A DNA stretch of 64,000 nt from Raja brachyura. Its lineage: Eukaryota. The first letter of the stretch is position 1. Each line of letters starts with the position of its first letter. The position numbers were made by a program, and so were the translations under genes. Of this stretch, positions 48,101-61,021 are shown piece by piece. The DNA is taken from contig OY740799.1 in assembly GCA_963514005.1 (NCBI GenBank), positions 29,202,001 through 29,266,000 of the forward strand, read 5' to 3'. A model generated the notes under the pieces. That model had not been told where the DNA came from. It was given only the letters and a program-made list of their open reading frames with translations, and made no database searches.

Positions 48101-49949
48101 TGCACAAATGAAGGAGGAGGATCATTGATGAACTAAATAAATACAATTATGCCTAAGTTGCCTTCATGGCTGCCTCTCTCAAAATCATTGGTGCCACAAA
48201 GAATTTAAAACAAGGTAAATGGATGAAACTATTTAAATCACATTTATCTTAGATTTTTGTATTGCCTGTTTCACTGTTGCAGGAGCTCTTATTATCTAAG
48301 GTATTGTTTTATGTCCTGTAAAAATTGTCTTGGTTGCCTTGAAGAACCTGTAAGATAAGCAACTGCAACAGTACTAACGATTTAAATTTGAATACCAGTG
48401 ATAATAAAGTTGACTTGTCAAGTTAACTGAGGCCTTTTTTAAGATGACAAACAACTCTATCTCGGGGCCAAATTTAACAGGTCTTTAAGATCCATGTCAG
48501 ATAGATGGATTCATATCTACTGTAATGACACATCTGGAAATGTGTATGTGTCCTGACTTAACATGGAGCTGTGCGTGCAAATGTGTGTGTGTGCATCTTC
48601 CAAGTCATTACGAGTGGTGGGTGGGGGAGGGGTGGGTTGGGCTTGAGTTAACTCCTCTGAGTTAATATATGCTGGTTCTGAGAGCATCATCTGAATTAGT
48701 GTGCAGTGTGCATCTTCTCTGTCTGTGCTCTTGGGTACTTACAAATCTTCTAGACTCATGGAATTTCTGTACAGTGTTTGTGTTGTGTTTTATGTTGTCA
48801 ACTCATGAAAACAGATCACAGGTTCAAGTGGTCATATAGATGCCAGTATCGATATGGACCAATAGCACATGATAAAGTGTGACTTCAGGCTATGTTCCAA
48901 TTTTTTTTTTGTTGAAAATGGATGTGGTGCATTGAATGGTGAACATAGTTCATAATTTCCATGGCAATTTTCATAGTATAAATTATTTAGATATAACTTT
49001 CTATTTATGGCATTTTCACCATGTTCTAAAATGTGAACTACAACAAATTAGAATACTTTTGACGAATAGCATTTGGATTTTCTATTTTGTGACAAATACC
49101 AGCAGCAATTGATATAATTAAGTGCATTTTTACTACAATGCAATGACCTTCAATGCTGACATGTCCTTGCATTGATATCATGGAAACTGAGTTGCTTCTT
49201 GATTTCAGTTAATGCCAATTCAATTATTACGTGCCGAATGAATAAATTGATTGCAATATTGCTAAAGGGTTCTCCTTGTTCATCACACCATGTGAAATTA
49301 AATGAATTTTCATGGTAAATGGAAGTTTTCATCGCAGTTCTGTAAATGAAATGGCTATTGAACAATGCAAGAGGCTTCTTTCGTCAGTATTTTCTCTGAT
49401 TGCTGAAATCGATCTTTCAAATAAGCAGGTGAGAAATCCATACATGCATTTTCTCCCTTTGTGAAAGCATCACATTGATCAAAAAACAAAGAACTTTAGT
49501 GTAAGTTTAACGTCTAAACAGGATTACTTCAGAAATTTGCAGCCCATCATTTCAGGCGCTGTTCCATATGCCATGACATTTTAAGCTTGAACCACCCTAC
49601 TGTTGGGCCTCAAATATCACATAATATTAAGTTGAAAGAATCCCATTCTTTCTGACAGGTTGCATCCTTCAGGTTCCATTAGTGATCCAGACAAGCTGAA
49701 CTGTCATCAGCATTGACCTGCAGGCTGCCTGATTTAGATATTGGATTACTGATTCTCCCGTCGACAGATGCCGTGATTCTGAACCTTCATTTGATGTACG
49801 TTTCATCTTGGAACCACTTCCACCTCGGTGAAGATTACTTAAGTGTTTTTGCCCTTTCTTGTAATATAGATCAGTTGTTTTCTAAAATTAAAATTAAATA
49901 ATGATATAAAATTAGTAATTATTATTAGAGAAACATGGATGTTGTAGAT

Positions 49950-50230
49950 AGACTAGTGTAGATGGGGCATCTTGGTCGGTATGGGCATGTAAACATTAAT
50001 AGACGCCATGATTAAGACTATGGAGTTATACAGCATGGAAACAGCCCCATGCCGATTAAGATGTCCCACCTACACTAGTCCCACCTGCCCATGGTTGGCC
50101 CATATCCACCTAATCTTTCCTATCCATACACATGTCTTTAATGTCCCATCTACACTAGTCTGCCTCAACTACCTTCTCCAGCAGCTCGTTCCATTTATCC
50201 ATCACCTGTGTGTAAAAGTTGACCTTTGGT
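49950..50230. mobile_element. CR1 3'-end fragments in both orientations
   Basis: GACTAGTGTAGATGGGGCATCTTGGTCGG (+) and CAGCATGGAAACAG...CTACACTAGTCCCACCTGCC (-). Confidence 0.7.
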
Positions 50231-50731
50231 TCCTATTCCCTTCTAGAATAATTTTAACTTTTTTCTTTTGATATTTTAAGTTGTATAAAGTTCTGCTCAA
50301 TGCATCACTTCTGGTAACAAAACAGACAAAATACCTTTAAATGGGATGTTAGGGTTTTCTTCCCTTGGAGTGATGAATTTCACGATTTCACCCACATTCT
50401 CATGAAAATATGTGCTAAACCACTGCAGGTTTGTGATAATATAATGAATGTTGTTTGTCATGCTCAGAAATGTATCTTTGTCGCAGGTTGGTGGCAGATT
50501 GCTAAATGTTGATTCTTGATTGTGACAAAAAACAAAAACATTTAGTTCCAAATTATAAGAAATACATTCTCGATAAACAGTTTAATTGCGGTGTTGAACC
50601 AAATAAATGTTCCCAAAGGGCGGATTTCAATGACAGTGTTCAGTCTAGAAATAGTTGACTGCTGTCTGAATGTGATGTACAGTCAATTTTCCTCCCTGGT
50701 GCAATGGTTATTTCTTTTGCTGTCTCTGTAG

Positions 50732-50776
50732 TGACACCAATGTAGCACGCACTGCATAAACCAAATACAGGCACAG
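50732..50776 (+). other. Candidate non-coding (UTR or lncRNA) exon
   Basis: TTTCTTTTGCTGTCTCTGTAG|...CAG|GTAAGG, with an alternative donor after 50781. Stops occur in all three frames. Confidence 0.35.
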
Positions 50777-51639
50777 GTAAGGTAAGGAATTTCCGTGCAA
50801 AATGGGCTCTCATGCAGCAGGTTATGCCCATCAGAGATTCAGTGTTCTATTTTTATGATACTCTTTAATGTTAATTATCCTAAGTTTTTCTTCCAAAATG
50901 ATCTTCTTGATTATTAAATCTGAATTTCCCAAGCAATCTGATTAGCAATAGTTGGATTTAGATCCCAAAGATATTTGGAAATATTGATCGTCAGAGACTC
51001 CCTGGAATTTTGACTTGCTTTTGTCCATTTCGTTCTTTTTCAAACATCGAATGTTGCATGTTATTTTACTATTGTGAAGCCACATCAAATCAGTCTTGGC
51101 CTCTTGTGACCACTGGAGCACTCTGGATATTGCAACAACTCTCCCCCACTCCACTTCAAGCTTGACTCGTGCTTGATTTGAATATTTTTATAATATTTTA
51201 TAACAATCATTTAATTTTTACACAGATAAATGTTCTAAGAGAATTAAAATCTGTTTGAATTAAGCTATGACAAACAATTACTACTGGTTTTATTTAATAA
51301 GTGCCCTCATTTTATATTGCAATAGGTAATTAGATTACTGGCACAGAAATGCACTGAACTTATTCAATTCTTATCACTGATTATAACACACGTTGGAACA
51401 GTTTTCCTTCATTTCCATATTTCTTTCTAGTGCCTGATTCCAGCTGTGTTGACTAGGATTAGCAATAGAAAACCACATTGCTGATTTTATTATTTAATAA
51501 TATTTTAAAAATCAGTCGGAACAGAACCGTTTATTTCATCTGATTTAAAAAAAAAAATGCAAATACACAGCATCAGAAATTAGCAAAGCACATTGCAGGG
51601 TTTCTTCACATCATAAAGAGCTTTATTTGGATTTTGCAG

Positions 51640-51717
51640 AGAAGACTTCGCTTAACATGCTAAAAACTACCCTATGCTATCTGGCTCATTCCAACGGAAT
51701 ATTTGAATATTACAGAA
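51640..51717 (+). other. Candidate 78-nt exon
   Basis: ATTTTGCAG|...GAA|GTAAGA. One open frame, phase 1-1: KTSLNMLKTTLCYLAHSNGIFEYYR. Product not recognised. Confidence 0.35.
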
Positions 51718-52199
51718 GTAAGAATATTTGGGAGGTATAAACTGGGAAATTAATGTGTTTTATATAATCAGCAAAAGTTAATATTCCCACACTCCTCCTG
51801 AAATGCTGTAAACCGAGAATAAAATGAGGAAGTTCTGGAATTGCATGTTGGTGAGCATTTTTCAGGTCTTTATATTTTTACTGATGCTGTGTAGGTTAGG
51901 CATGTATTTTACACATTGCCCACGTTTCCCTTAAGGTTATACGTATTTAGTTTCACATTTCCAACCCAGATTTTATCCCAGTGGAAGTGTTATGTTCTTT
52001 TTGACATTTGCACCTCTCAATAAAATCCTGAAGCATGTTCAAGAGTGTAATAGGGAGCAGATGTTTTAACTAGCTGATGATTTCGCAGATGGTGTACTTG
52101 AAATTCATGAAATAACCCATTCTGCATTCATGTACAACATACCATGGCCACGCTGAAAGATTTGCACTGCAGTACACCCCTTCCTTCCCTCAGGAAGGA

Positions 52200-52560
52200 C
52201 ACACAAAATGAGTGTTTAATAAACCATAGGCAAAGTCCAATGTCCACAAAGGAGTGGAGATGAATTGGACAGTACTCCCTGGAAGAACCATTTGGTAGCT
52301 AGATAACAGAGGGGAAGAAGCTTTTTCTGAGTTTGATGGTGCACACTCTCGAGCTTCTATTCCTTCTGAAATTTGGGAGCAGGGAGAAGGAGGAATGGGT
52401 GGGACAAGTCTTTGATTATGTTGACTGCTTTTCTGAGATGGAGTAAATGGTGAGAAGACTGGTGGGCGTGATGGATTTGGGCTTCATCTGCAATTCTCTG
52501 CAATTATTGTGGTCTTGTTCCCAAACCAAGCGGTGATGCAAGCTGACCGTTGCAACCTGA
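52200..52560 (-). mobile_element. Old Rex1/Babar-type 3' fragment
   Basis: - strand peptide SACITAWFGN and the AGATAACAGAGGGGAAGAAGCT motif. Confidence 0.6.
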
Positions 52561-52599
52561 TGGTTTGCAGCTTGTAGATGGATCTGCAGGTTGTGATGA

Positions 52600-53500
52600 T
52601 TCCCTCCACTGCTGCTTTCGGCCATCTTGGTGGTAAAGGTGACCTGTTTGGGTGATGACCAGAGTGGGTTTGGCGAGCCACTACAATATATGTAGGCGGT
52701 CTGCATGACAGGCACGGTGAACCAGTGGTGGAGAATGAACATTTAAGGGGCATAATGGTGTGCTGATCAAACAGACTGCTGCCCTGAATAGTGTGGAGCT
52801 TTTAAGAGTTGCTGACCTGGTGCTGATCAAAAACTTTTGGAGAATATTGCACAATGGAGGCTGGTTCTCTTTGAGTTTCTAGTTAATAGTAATCCCCTAG
52901 ATTGTTACTGATGGGGGATTTGGCTGGCATAATGTCAAGAGTAGGTGTTGCATTATTGCCTGACACCTTTGTGGTGTGAATGTCACTTGCCGCTTATCAG
53001 ACCGTGCCTGAGATTTCTCCAAATATCACAATTCTCCTCCTTTTGTGTGCTGCCTTCTTTTGTACCTGTTTACATACATGTTACCAGAGATGCCTTGATG
53101 TTAAGGGCAGATTCTCCCAACTCTTCTCCAGAGCTCAGTTGTTTGGATCAAGGCTATGATGAGGTCCAGAGCCAAGTGGTGCTGGCAAAACGCAAACTGG
53201 GCTTTGGTAAGTCGATTATGAGTTCCAACGGATGACTCTGCCAAAGACACCTTCAACATTTTTTGCTGATAATTGAGAATGGGCTGATTCAGTCTTGTTT
53301 AGCGGGATTGGATTTCTCCTGCTTTTTGTGACGTACCAGGCCAATTTTCCACATTATGAGGGTGAAGCCAGTATTGTGATTGTATAACTCAGCTTGGGTG
53401 TAGCTGGTTCTACTGTGCAAGTATTTAGTACAACAGATTGTACGGTGTTTGTCTCCAGTATTTTTTATCCATTTCTTGAAGTCATGAGGATTGACACAAA
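52600..53500 (-). mobile_element. Highly diverged LINE remnant
   Basis: Patchy similarity to the old LINE pieces at 47395-48100 and 57390-58400. Confidence 0.4.
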
Positions 53501-54149
53501 TATCATTCAGTCATTTATCCAGTGATTTACACCACGAAAAGCAGCCAATGCTATCGCATGACATTATACGCTTCAACCATAGGTTGTGTACCCTTTGGTA
53601 CAATCATATAATCAAAAGTATAATCATATTTTTCAGGCTGTATAAGTAGGTCTGATATTGCATCAGCAAATAGCATCCATTCGTGACCACACGCTGTCCA
53701 TAGAACTATTGATGTACTGTAAAATAGGATAGTTTTTGCCTCGCTAATATCATGCATATTGCTATTGAGGTGTGACACAATGTGATATTTTCTGCCCAAA
53801 TGGAGCATAGTTAAATAACGAGTGAATTGATTTTTTTTGTAGTAAAGCACTAAATGTGCAGAGGGTAATGGGGTGAAGAAACCAAGTGGTTTTAGGAGTG
53901 AGGCCAGGGATAATTTTTAATCTAACAGACTCAGTTGATAGGGTGTGCAAGATTTAGCTTATTTCTTACAAGTTGAGAGCAAATACGAATTTGGATTTGG
54001 ATGGATGTGCAGCTAGAAAGGAATTCTGAAATAGGTTGGACTTATTGCATAATTTGTCAATTTAGTGTTGCACAGTGATCTAATGGAATAGAACGAGGGA
54101 TGGGCAAAACTTGTACCAAAGCTGTGGAATTTTAGATTATCTAAACAAA

Positions 54150-54620
54150 AAATATAAAACAGGCCCTTTGGCCCATAATGTCTGCGCCGAACATGATGCC
54201 AAGTTCAACAAATCTTCTCTGCCTTCATGTGATCCATATCCCTCCATTCCCTGTATATCCATGTGCCTATCTACAAGGCTCATAAATGTCACTGATATAT
54301 GCCTCCGTCACCATCCTGACACCACTTTGCAGGCATCCACTCTCGGTGTAATACAAATACTTGCCCCGCACATCTCCGTTAAATTTGCCCCTCTCACAAA
54401 GCTATGTCCTCTATTCTTTGATTTTTCCTCTCTGGGGGAAAACAATTCTGACTGTCTACCCCACCAATGTCTCTCATAATTAGGTATACTTCTGTCAGGT
54501 CTCCCCTCAACCTCTGATGTTCCAGAGATGAGAGTCCAAATTTATGCAAGCTCTCCTTTAGCTAATACCCTCGAATCACTACAGCATTCTGGTAAATCTC
54601 CTCTGTACCTTAAAGTTTAT
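54150..54620 (-). mobile_element. CR1 3' end
   Basis: ACAGGCCCTTTGGCCCA...CCATATCCCTCCATTCCCTG...AGGTCTCCCCTCAACCTC. Confidence 0.75.
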
Positions 54621-55150
54621 GAATAGGTGGAAAAAAGGATGGTCAGTATTAGATTGTTGAGGTTGGTTCTCAGCAGGATGGAAGAATGGGTTAAAGCTTC
54701 TGTGATAGTTTTGCTCAGATATAATTGGAAAAACATGATCCAGTCGGACTGGACCAATATATGTGCCCAAGCACTGTGTATTCTGTAGGGTCCCCTTTCT
54801 GACCATCTAGCTCTGTTTATGGCTGGCAGTACCGACTGATGCTTAGTCAGTCTCAGAAGTAAAGTAACTGAAATTCAATGAATGAGATATTCTTAGTATG
54901 ATGTAGTGGATACAGAGCAAGAGAATAAAATTGTTTCAATCATCTTAAAGTAACATTTAAAATTGCTTTCCTACAACTCTAAATCAGATTCGGCACACAA
55001 AGGATGAGGTGTTATAATTATCTTCCAGGTTATTCACAAATACAGGAAGGTTTCCACTCGTCGAGCTCGTTAATAGATTAAGGGTTGACTTTCTTCAAAA
55101 GATTTTGTTTACAGCTTTAAATTTATTTAATTTCATCTTCTGCCTTCCAG

Positions 55151-55186
55151 GAAGCGGTTTCTGCATTCCAAACTGTCACCCACAAG
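55151..55186 (+). other. Candidate 36-nt exon
   Basis: TTTCATCTTCTGCCTTCCAG|GAAGCG...CACAAG|GTAAGA, strong signals on both sides. All three frames are open (EAVSAFQTVTHK, KRFLHSKLSPT, SGFCIPNCHPQ). Confidence 0.45.
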
Positions 55187-57389
55187 GTAAGAAACGTTCA
55201 AATGTGGACATTAACAAAATGCTAATCTGGCACTATAACTGCTGACCCATTTTAATCATTTCAACTTCATTCCTTCTGAAGCGAATAGCATATAATTTAC
55301 TGGTTGTTGCTTGCATAGAGATCTTTTAAATTGAACTTGGCTCTTGCAGTCTTTTTAACTACATCACATTGATTTAGTCCTATCGTAGTCTAACATAGAA
55401 AATCATTCTTTGAACACCTTGTAATCTCACAAATTCATGCTTGCTTTATCCAGAACTCCTTGTGTTAATCCCTGGAAGCAATTTTCTACACCGGTTACAT
55501 CACTAAAGGAACTCTGAATAAGCTCTGAAAGGCATCTTGCAGATTGTGATGAAGCTAATTCATCTCACCTTATCCCTCTTGACGTGGCTGCAGCCTAGAA
55601 CATTTCTGCCAGTGGGTGGGAATCTATCGGCTGGTTGCATTTTCATCCACCTTGTTGGAGCTAGTTAGCCACCAGCAATGGCTTTCGTTTCTGCTGCTGC
55701 AGTATTGCTAATGTTGTCCAAATCTATCAATTTTTTTACTTCTTATCTCTCATCCACATGTTGCTACTCAACATCACTCTCTGAAATGCTACTGACTCGT
55801 ACAACCACTAGCATCAACTTCCACTTGCATGATGGTGGCATCCAACCCTTCTTTGCCATCACTTCACTGGATCTTGCAACTCTACCTAAATTCAGGACTG
55901 CTTGTCTAATTGGTGCTAAATGTTGAAATTTCATTTTCTTCATCATCTTCATAATTCCATTCACTGGCAATATATTGATACCATCATAATGAATGCCCAT
56001 TTCTCCCTTTTGATAATTGTCTAACATGGTCCCTGACTCGGCTCGTTTGCATTGTGCATTGTTGCATTACCTTCAAATTTGACAATTCCTGGCCGTCAAA
56101 CCACATTTCATTACTCTGATGTTATTCAAAACATTGCTTTATTTCTCCTAAATTGCACTGCCTGGTTCCTCCATTGCCCACCTGATCTTTACTCTGCTGT
56201 AGCTAAGGAGTACTTTGATTTTCATCTTTATTTTTGCTCCATGGTCTCACCAATTTCTAATCTCTGTTAGTCCCAGATTACCTGGGCTCTTTCAATTTAG
56301 ATCTCTTGTTAATTACCGCATATCCCTTCATCTAACAAGGCTTTGAGCTCTTGATTTCCATTAACCTTATTTCTACTGCTAGACTAACATGCCGATTAGA
56401 AACTATCTCCTTCATCAAACTTTTGCCATCTGCTGCGATATTCCTTTATGTGGCACAGTGACAATTTTTTTGCTTGGTAATTGTCTTCTTCTTTGGGAAG
56501 TTTTTGCTATGTTAAATGATGCAGTAGTTTAGAGGCAGGTGGTTGTTCGTGTTAGCCTGTGAAATTCTATTCTAATGATATTCTATGGCATGTGGTGGTG
56601 GGGCGGGGGGGGGGGGGGGGGGGCGTCTGTGCTTATCAGCTAGTTATAGAGGGATCAGGCGATGGGCAACAGCCTGAGGGACAACCAAAGGGGAAGGAAG
56701 AAAGGAGGGAGGGAACCCTGACAATCTTCTAACTTTCTGTATGGCAGGAAAAATAGTGTTTGAATTATTCCGATTATAATATGCAAAAATGGATTTGAAA
56801 AAATGTTCTTCGCTAAATTAAAATCAGAAATTTTCAAAACTGTTGAGAAAAAAAAATCAGATTGGAGGCTCCACTATGAGCTGTTGAACGTATTTTCAGG
56901 GATAATGGATTTTATTCAGTTGAAAGATTGTGTATTGGATAATACATTCCCAGAAATTCAATCCTGACCATACTTCCTGTTGCAATTAAAATAAATTATA
57001 GTGAAATCTGTAAATTACAGATTCCTTGGGGATTGGCATCAGCTGTTTTTGCTTGCAGGTGTTTTGAATTTCAAAATTATGATTATTATCATGCCCAATC
57101 TTGAGCAACCAGTTGACACGAGAATCAGAAGCTAATCAGCTGCAACTGTGCTGAGTGTTCTTCTTCTAAACAACAGCTCTTTCATTTCACAGATATGTGG
57201 CATAAATTCTTGCTTCATTGCAATCCACTCTCACTTGGAGTATAATTTGCATATTTAAATGTACATCTCTGTTCCACATGCCAAGCTGAAGGGCAGGATA
57301 AAAACCTGCAGAAATTCGCTAACAGGTGGAAACTGTAAAAGGCAAATCATACAATGGGCTGAGATTTTTTTCCATTTATCTTCTTTCTG

Positions 57390-58410
57390 GATCTGGGCAA
57401 TGCCAGCATGTATTTCCGTCCCTAACTGCCCTTCAGAAACTGGTAGCGAGCTGGCCTTTGAACCTTTGCAGTTTTTCTGGCGAAAATATCCCCACTGAAC
57501 TGTTAGGGAGATGTTCCAAGATTTGAACACAGTGAAGGGCTACTGATATATTTCCAAGTCAAATGTGCTTGACTTGGAGGGGAACCATGGTGATCCCATT
57601 CACCTTCCTGCCTGGTGGTAAAGGTTGCGGATTGAGAGGTGTGGTAGGAATTACATGGACAAGTAATGTGAGTGTATTTTGTAGCTGTCACACACGGTGG
57701 GTGTGCAGTAAATGAATCCGACTTGGGAAACAGTGAAAAGTGCCATGATGTAGAAGGCAGCAGCATTTCATGGTGGAGATGGATTTAAGAAATATTGTCC
57801 TGTATTCAAAGTGAGTCGGGAAGCCAGACATTGTCACGAGACAACAGCAATAGATAGCAAAGGAGTACAATGAGGTACTGTGTGTTGGTGCTGGAGGACA
57901 CAAATACTAAGAGTGGTGGATGGAATTTAACTGAGTTTTTGTTGAAGCTGCATCCATCTAGGCAGGCGGAGAGCATTTCCACTATGTATACCTTACTTGT
58001 ACCTTGGAGATGGTGGAACAGTTTTATGCTGTCAAAAAGCGAGCATGATATGCAGCGCCATCTACCCATTATAATTATGTAGCTTGTCTAGTTGTGTTTT
58101 TGGCCACTGTGACCCCCAGAATATTGAAGGTTGGGATCTCGGAGATGGCAGTGACATTGAAGATCAAATGTTGGAGGTTAGACTGTACTGTTATTGGTCA
58201 TTGCTTGACTGTTTTCCGGTTCCAATGTATTAATTACTGATAATAATGAATTCTAATATAATTTATATAATTAGTTGCTTGAAATGTTGTCTAAGTGTGA
58301 CTGGTTTGTAAGATGAGATATCGTGAGAAATTGAACATTGTGCTATCATCAGTAATTTTCCCCTCTCTCCACCATATAATTGAAGGGGGACTATTGATGA
58401 AACAGGTAAA
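57390..58410 (-). mobile_element. Old CR1/L2-group LINE remnant
   Basis: TGTTAGGGAG.TGTTCCAAGATTTG...GATATATTTCCAAGTCA...GACTTGGAGGGGAAC. Confidence 0.6.
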
Positions 58411-58424
58411 GATAGTTGCGATCA

Positions 58425-58640
58425 ACACAAAGTTGGAGTAACTCAGCATTCCTTCTCTCCAGCATCTCTGGAGAGAAGGAACGGGTGATGTTTCAGGTCA
58501 ACACACTTCTTCAGAACAGTCTCGACCCGAAACGTCACCCATTCCTTCTCTCCAGAGGTGCTGCCGGTCCCGCTGAGTTACTCCAGCTTTTTGTGTCTAT
58601 CTTTGGTTTAAACCAGCATCTACAGTTCCTTCTTACACAT
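58425..58640. mobile_element. Penelope-derived fold-back element
   Basis: TGGAGTAACTCAGC...CATCTCTGGAGAGAAGGAACGGGTGA mirrors TCACCCATTCCTTCTCTCCAGAG...GCTGAGTTACTCCA. Confidence 0.8.
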
Positions 58641-59074
58641 AAAGATAGTTAGGATTTGAACAATGCCCTGAGTGAATCCCTGCTGCTGATATCCTGATTG
58701 CAACCACATCCACCTTCTGCCGTATTGATATTGGTTAATTATAATGACAGTGAAAAATGTATGAGACACTGGTGGAGAAAAAACTATGGATTATATTAAA
58801 TGAAGGGTGAAAATTCAGTCTTCCAGTTGAGTACTCAGTCTGCAGAGAAGGTGTATCAAAATTGGATGTGTGAGGTCTGCCCAACAGTGTAGAGAGGGAA
58901 GGAAATTAATGGATAAATTAGACAGAAACAGCCAGTACTCCAAAAATTCAAGAAATAATCTCCAGACTAATTGTTTGAATGTACACTCTTCAATGTTGGA
59001 AGCTGGGTAAGATAAGTTTTTACAGGTCAGACCAAGGCAATATGGGTTTTGTGAAATAAGGTTTTGTTGAAGGG

Positions 59075-59220
59075 GAAGCATTTGTTGAAGCATGGAGTGG
59101 AAGGATATGTATGGATCATGTGCAGGCAGATGAGACTAGTTTATCTTGGCATCACGTACGGCACGTATATTATGGGTTGATGGCCCTATTCTTGTGCTGT
59201 ATTGTTCTATGTTCTACGTT
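59075..59220 (+). mobile_element. CR1 3' terminus
   Basis: GGATATG...TGTGCAGGCAGATGAGACTAGTT...(TGTTCTA)n tail. Confidence 0.65.
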
Positions 59221-59617
59221 GTTCTTTATATGACAATTACGATGGTGAAGCTAACCTCTTTTGGGAAACTGCCATTAATCAGTTGGAATCAATCAACAGT
59301 CATAGACAATCCCGTAAGCACTTAGCGAGTCAGACAGCATATTAGAAAGAGAAATGTTGCTAATTTTTCAGCTTGAAGGCTATTCATCAGAATATGCAAG
59401 GCAAAAGAGACAGACCCATCAGAGGCAGAACTTGATCAACACCATCTCTGGAAGAGAAATGACAGTGAATTCAAATGACAAAAAACTGGATGTTCAGAAT
59501 CTGAAACAAATGCGGGAAACACTCATCGGGTCACTGGTCAGATCAACATATTTTCTGTTTTGTTTTGGATTTCCAGCATCTGCCTATTTTGTTTTATCAA
59601 ACGCAGAAGTAGAGCAA

Positions 59618-59642
59618 TGTTGTTGTTGCTGCTGCTGCTGCT
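59618..59642. repeat. (TGT)n(TGC)n microsatellite
   Basis: Read directly from the sequence. Confidence 0.9.
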
Positions 59643-60573
59643 ATGGGTGCTGCGTAGAACTCTTAATTCCACAATATATATTTCATTCACAAAACCAGCT
59701 GCCCCTCCAACATTGACCAGTGACACCTATGCTTTAAATTGTAACAGAGCTTTATGGTTTGAATGCTATCCATAGTTCATAATTCGCAAAGTCAGTCAGT
59801 CAAACAAATTTTTAACTTGCAAATTGTCTGGTTCTCTCCCAAAGTGCATTATTTTTGGGAGGCAACTCATAAATGGATCACTCTGTTTGAAGACAACAGG
59901 ACACTAATAATAGTTTTTTGAAAATTATGTTAAAGTTTACATTTATGATTGAAGACTTGGGAACAATTTCTTCCGGTATATTTATACAAGAATAGCTAAT
60001 TTGAAATTTTTCGTGACTAATCGCAGCGGCATTGGAATACCCGTATTTAGACTTTGTTGATGACATAATCTATCGGGAAAAATACCTATTTGTTGGGAGT
60101 GTTACAGCATGATCCCATGGAAATAATAGGAACTTAACATAGTGTTACCTGGTGCTCCTGTGTCACAGAGGGTTATAGGAAGCATCAAAAATCTTAATAC
60201 TGCAATGCAAGTTGTGCAGATTTCTTTTGCTCAAATGTTAGTTTGTTGCAGTATTACAGGTAATGTACTCTTATCCAGTAGGCCACCAGTTTTTCAGTTT
60301 TTATGGAATGGAGCAAAAACAGTCAAATGTAATAGAACTCATCAAAATGTTTGCAATCTCAAGTTTTAAAGGCAATTGATTGACTTAACTAATTAGCTTA
60401 TGCAAATACGCTACCTGTATCATCTCTGAAAATATATTTTACATTTAATTGCAATTATAAAATACAGTGAATAGAATCATGGCTTTGTAGAAATATTCTG
60501 AACTGCAGAATTTTCAGAATTTCTCTTTAACCAGGCTCTATTCAGAAGGTTATATGGATGTCGTAAAAGAACT

Positions 60574-60856
60574 GGCACAGTGGTAGAGCTGCTGCTTTAC
60601 CGCGCCAGAGACCTGGGTTTGAGCCTGACTACGGGTGCTGTCTGTATGGCGTTTGTACGTTCTCCCTGTGACCACGTGGGTTTTCTCTGGGTGCTCTAGT
60701 TTCCTCCCACGTTCGAAACTGTCCAGTTTTGTAGATTGATTGGCTTACGTAAATTGTCCCCAGTGTTTAGCATGGAACAAATGTATCATTGGTCGGCTTG
60801 GACTCGATGGGCCGAATGGCCTGTTCCCACTCTGTAGCTCTAAACTAAATCTAAAC
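60574..60856 (+). mobile_element. HE1 SINE
   Basis: GGCACAGTGGTAGAGCTGCTGC head, conserved core and CTAAACTAAA tail. Confidence 0.88.
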
Positions 60857-60879
60857 AATTGTGACATTGTGAACTCCTG

Positions 60880-61021
60880 TATGCAGGTCATTTTCTCAAG
60901 GCAAAGGAAAATGCACATTGATATTTTTCCAGCTTCTGACAGTGGTGTGTACTATTGTGACATGGAATATGACAGATTGGGAGATGCCAAAATTATTGAA
61001 GAAACCACTCTGTTCGTGGGA
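60880..61021 (+). pseudogene. Possible Ig-superfamily V-domain C-terminal relic or exon
   Basis: In frame: RKMHIDIFPASDSGVYYCDMEYDRLGDAKIIEETTLFVG. It has an exact D-S-G-x-Y-Y-C F-strand motif and a J-like T-x-L-x-V. I could not identify the N-terminal half. Confidence 0.35.

Noticed and set aside
59354-59716. 120-aa ORF with a poly-Cys run
   Set aside because: The Cys run is a microsatellite and the rest overlaps degenerate repeat sequence.
60400-60407. Octamer ATGCAAAT upstream of the Ig-like relic as a V-gene promoter
   Set aside because: After SINE removal it is too close to leave room for a leader, intron and V N-terminus, and the motif recurs elsewhere in this AT-rich window.
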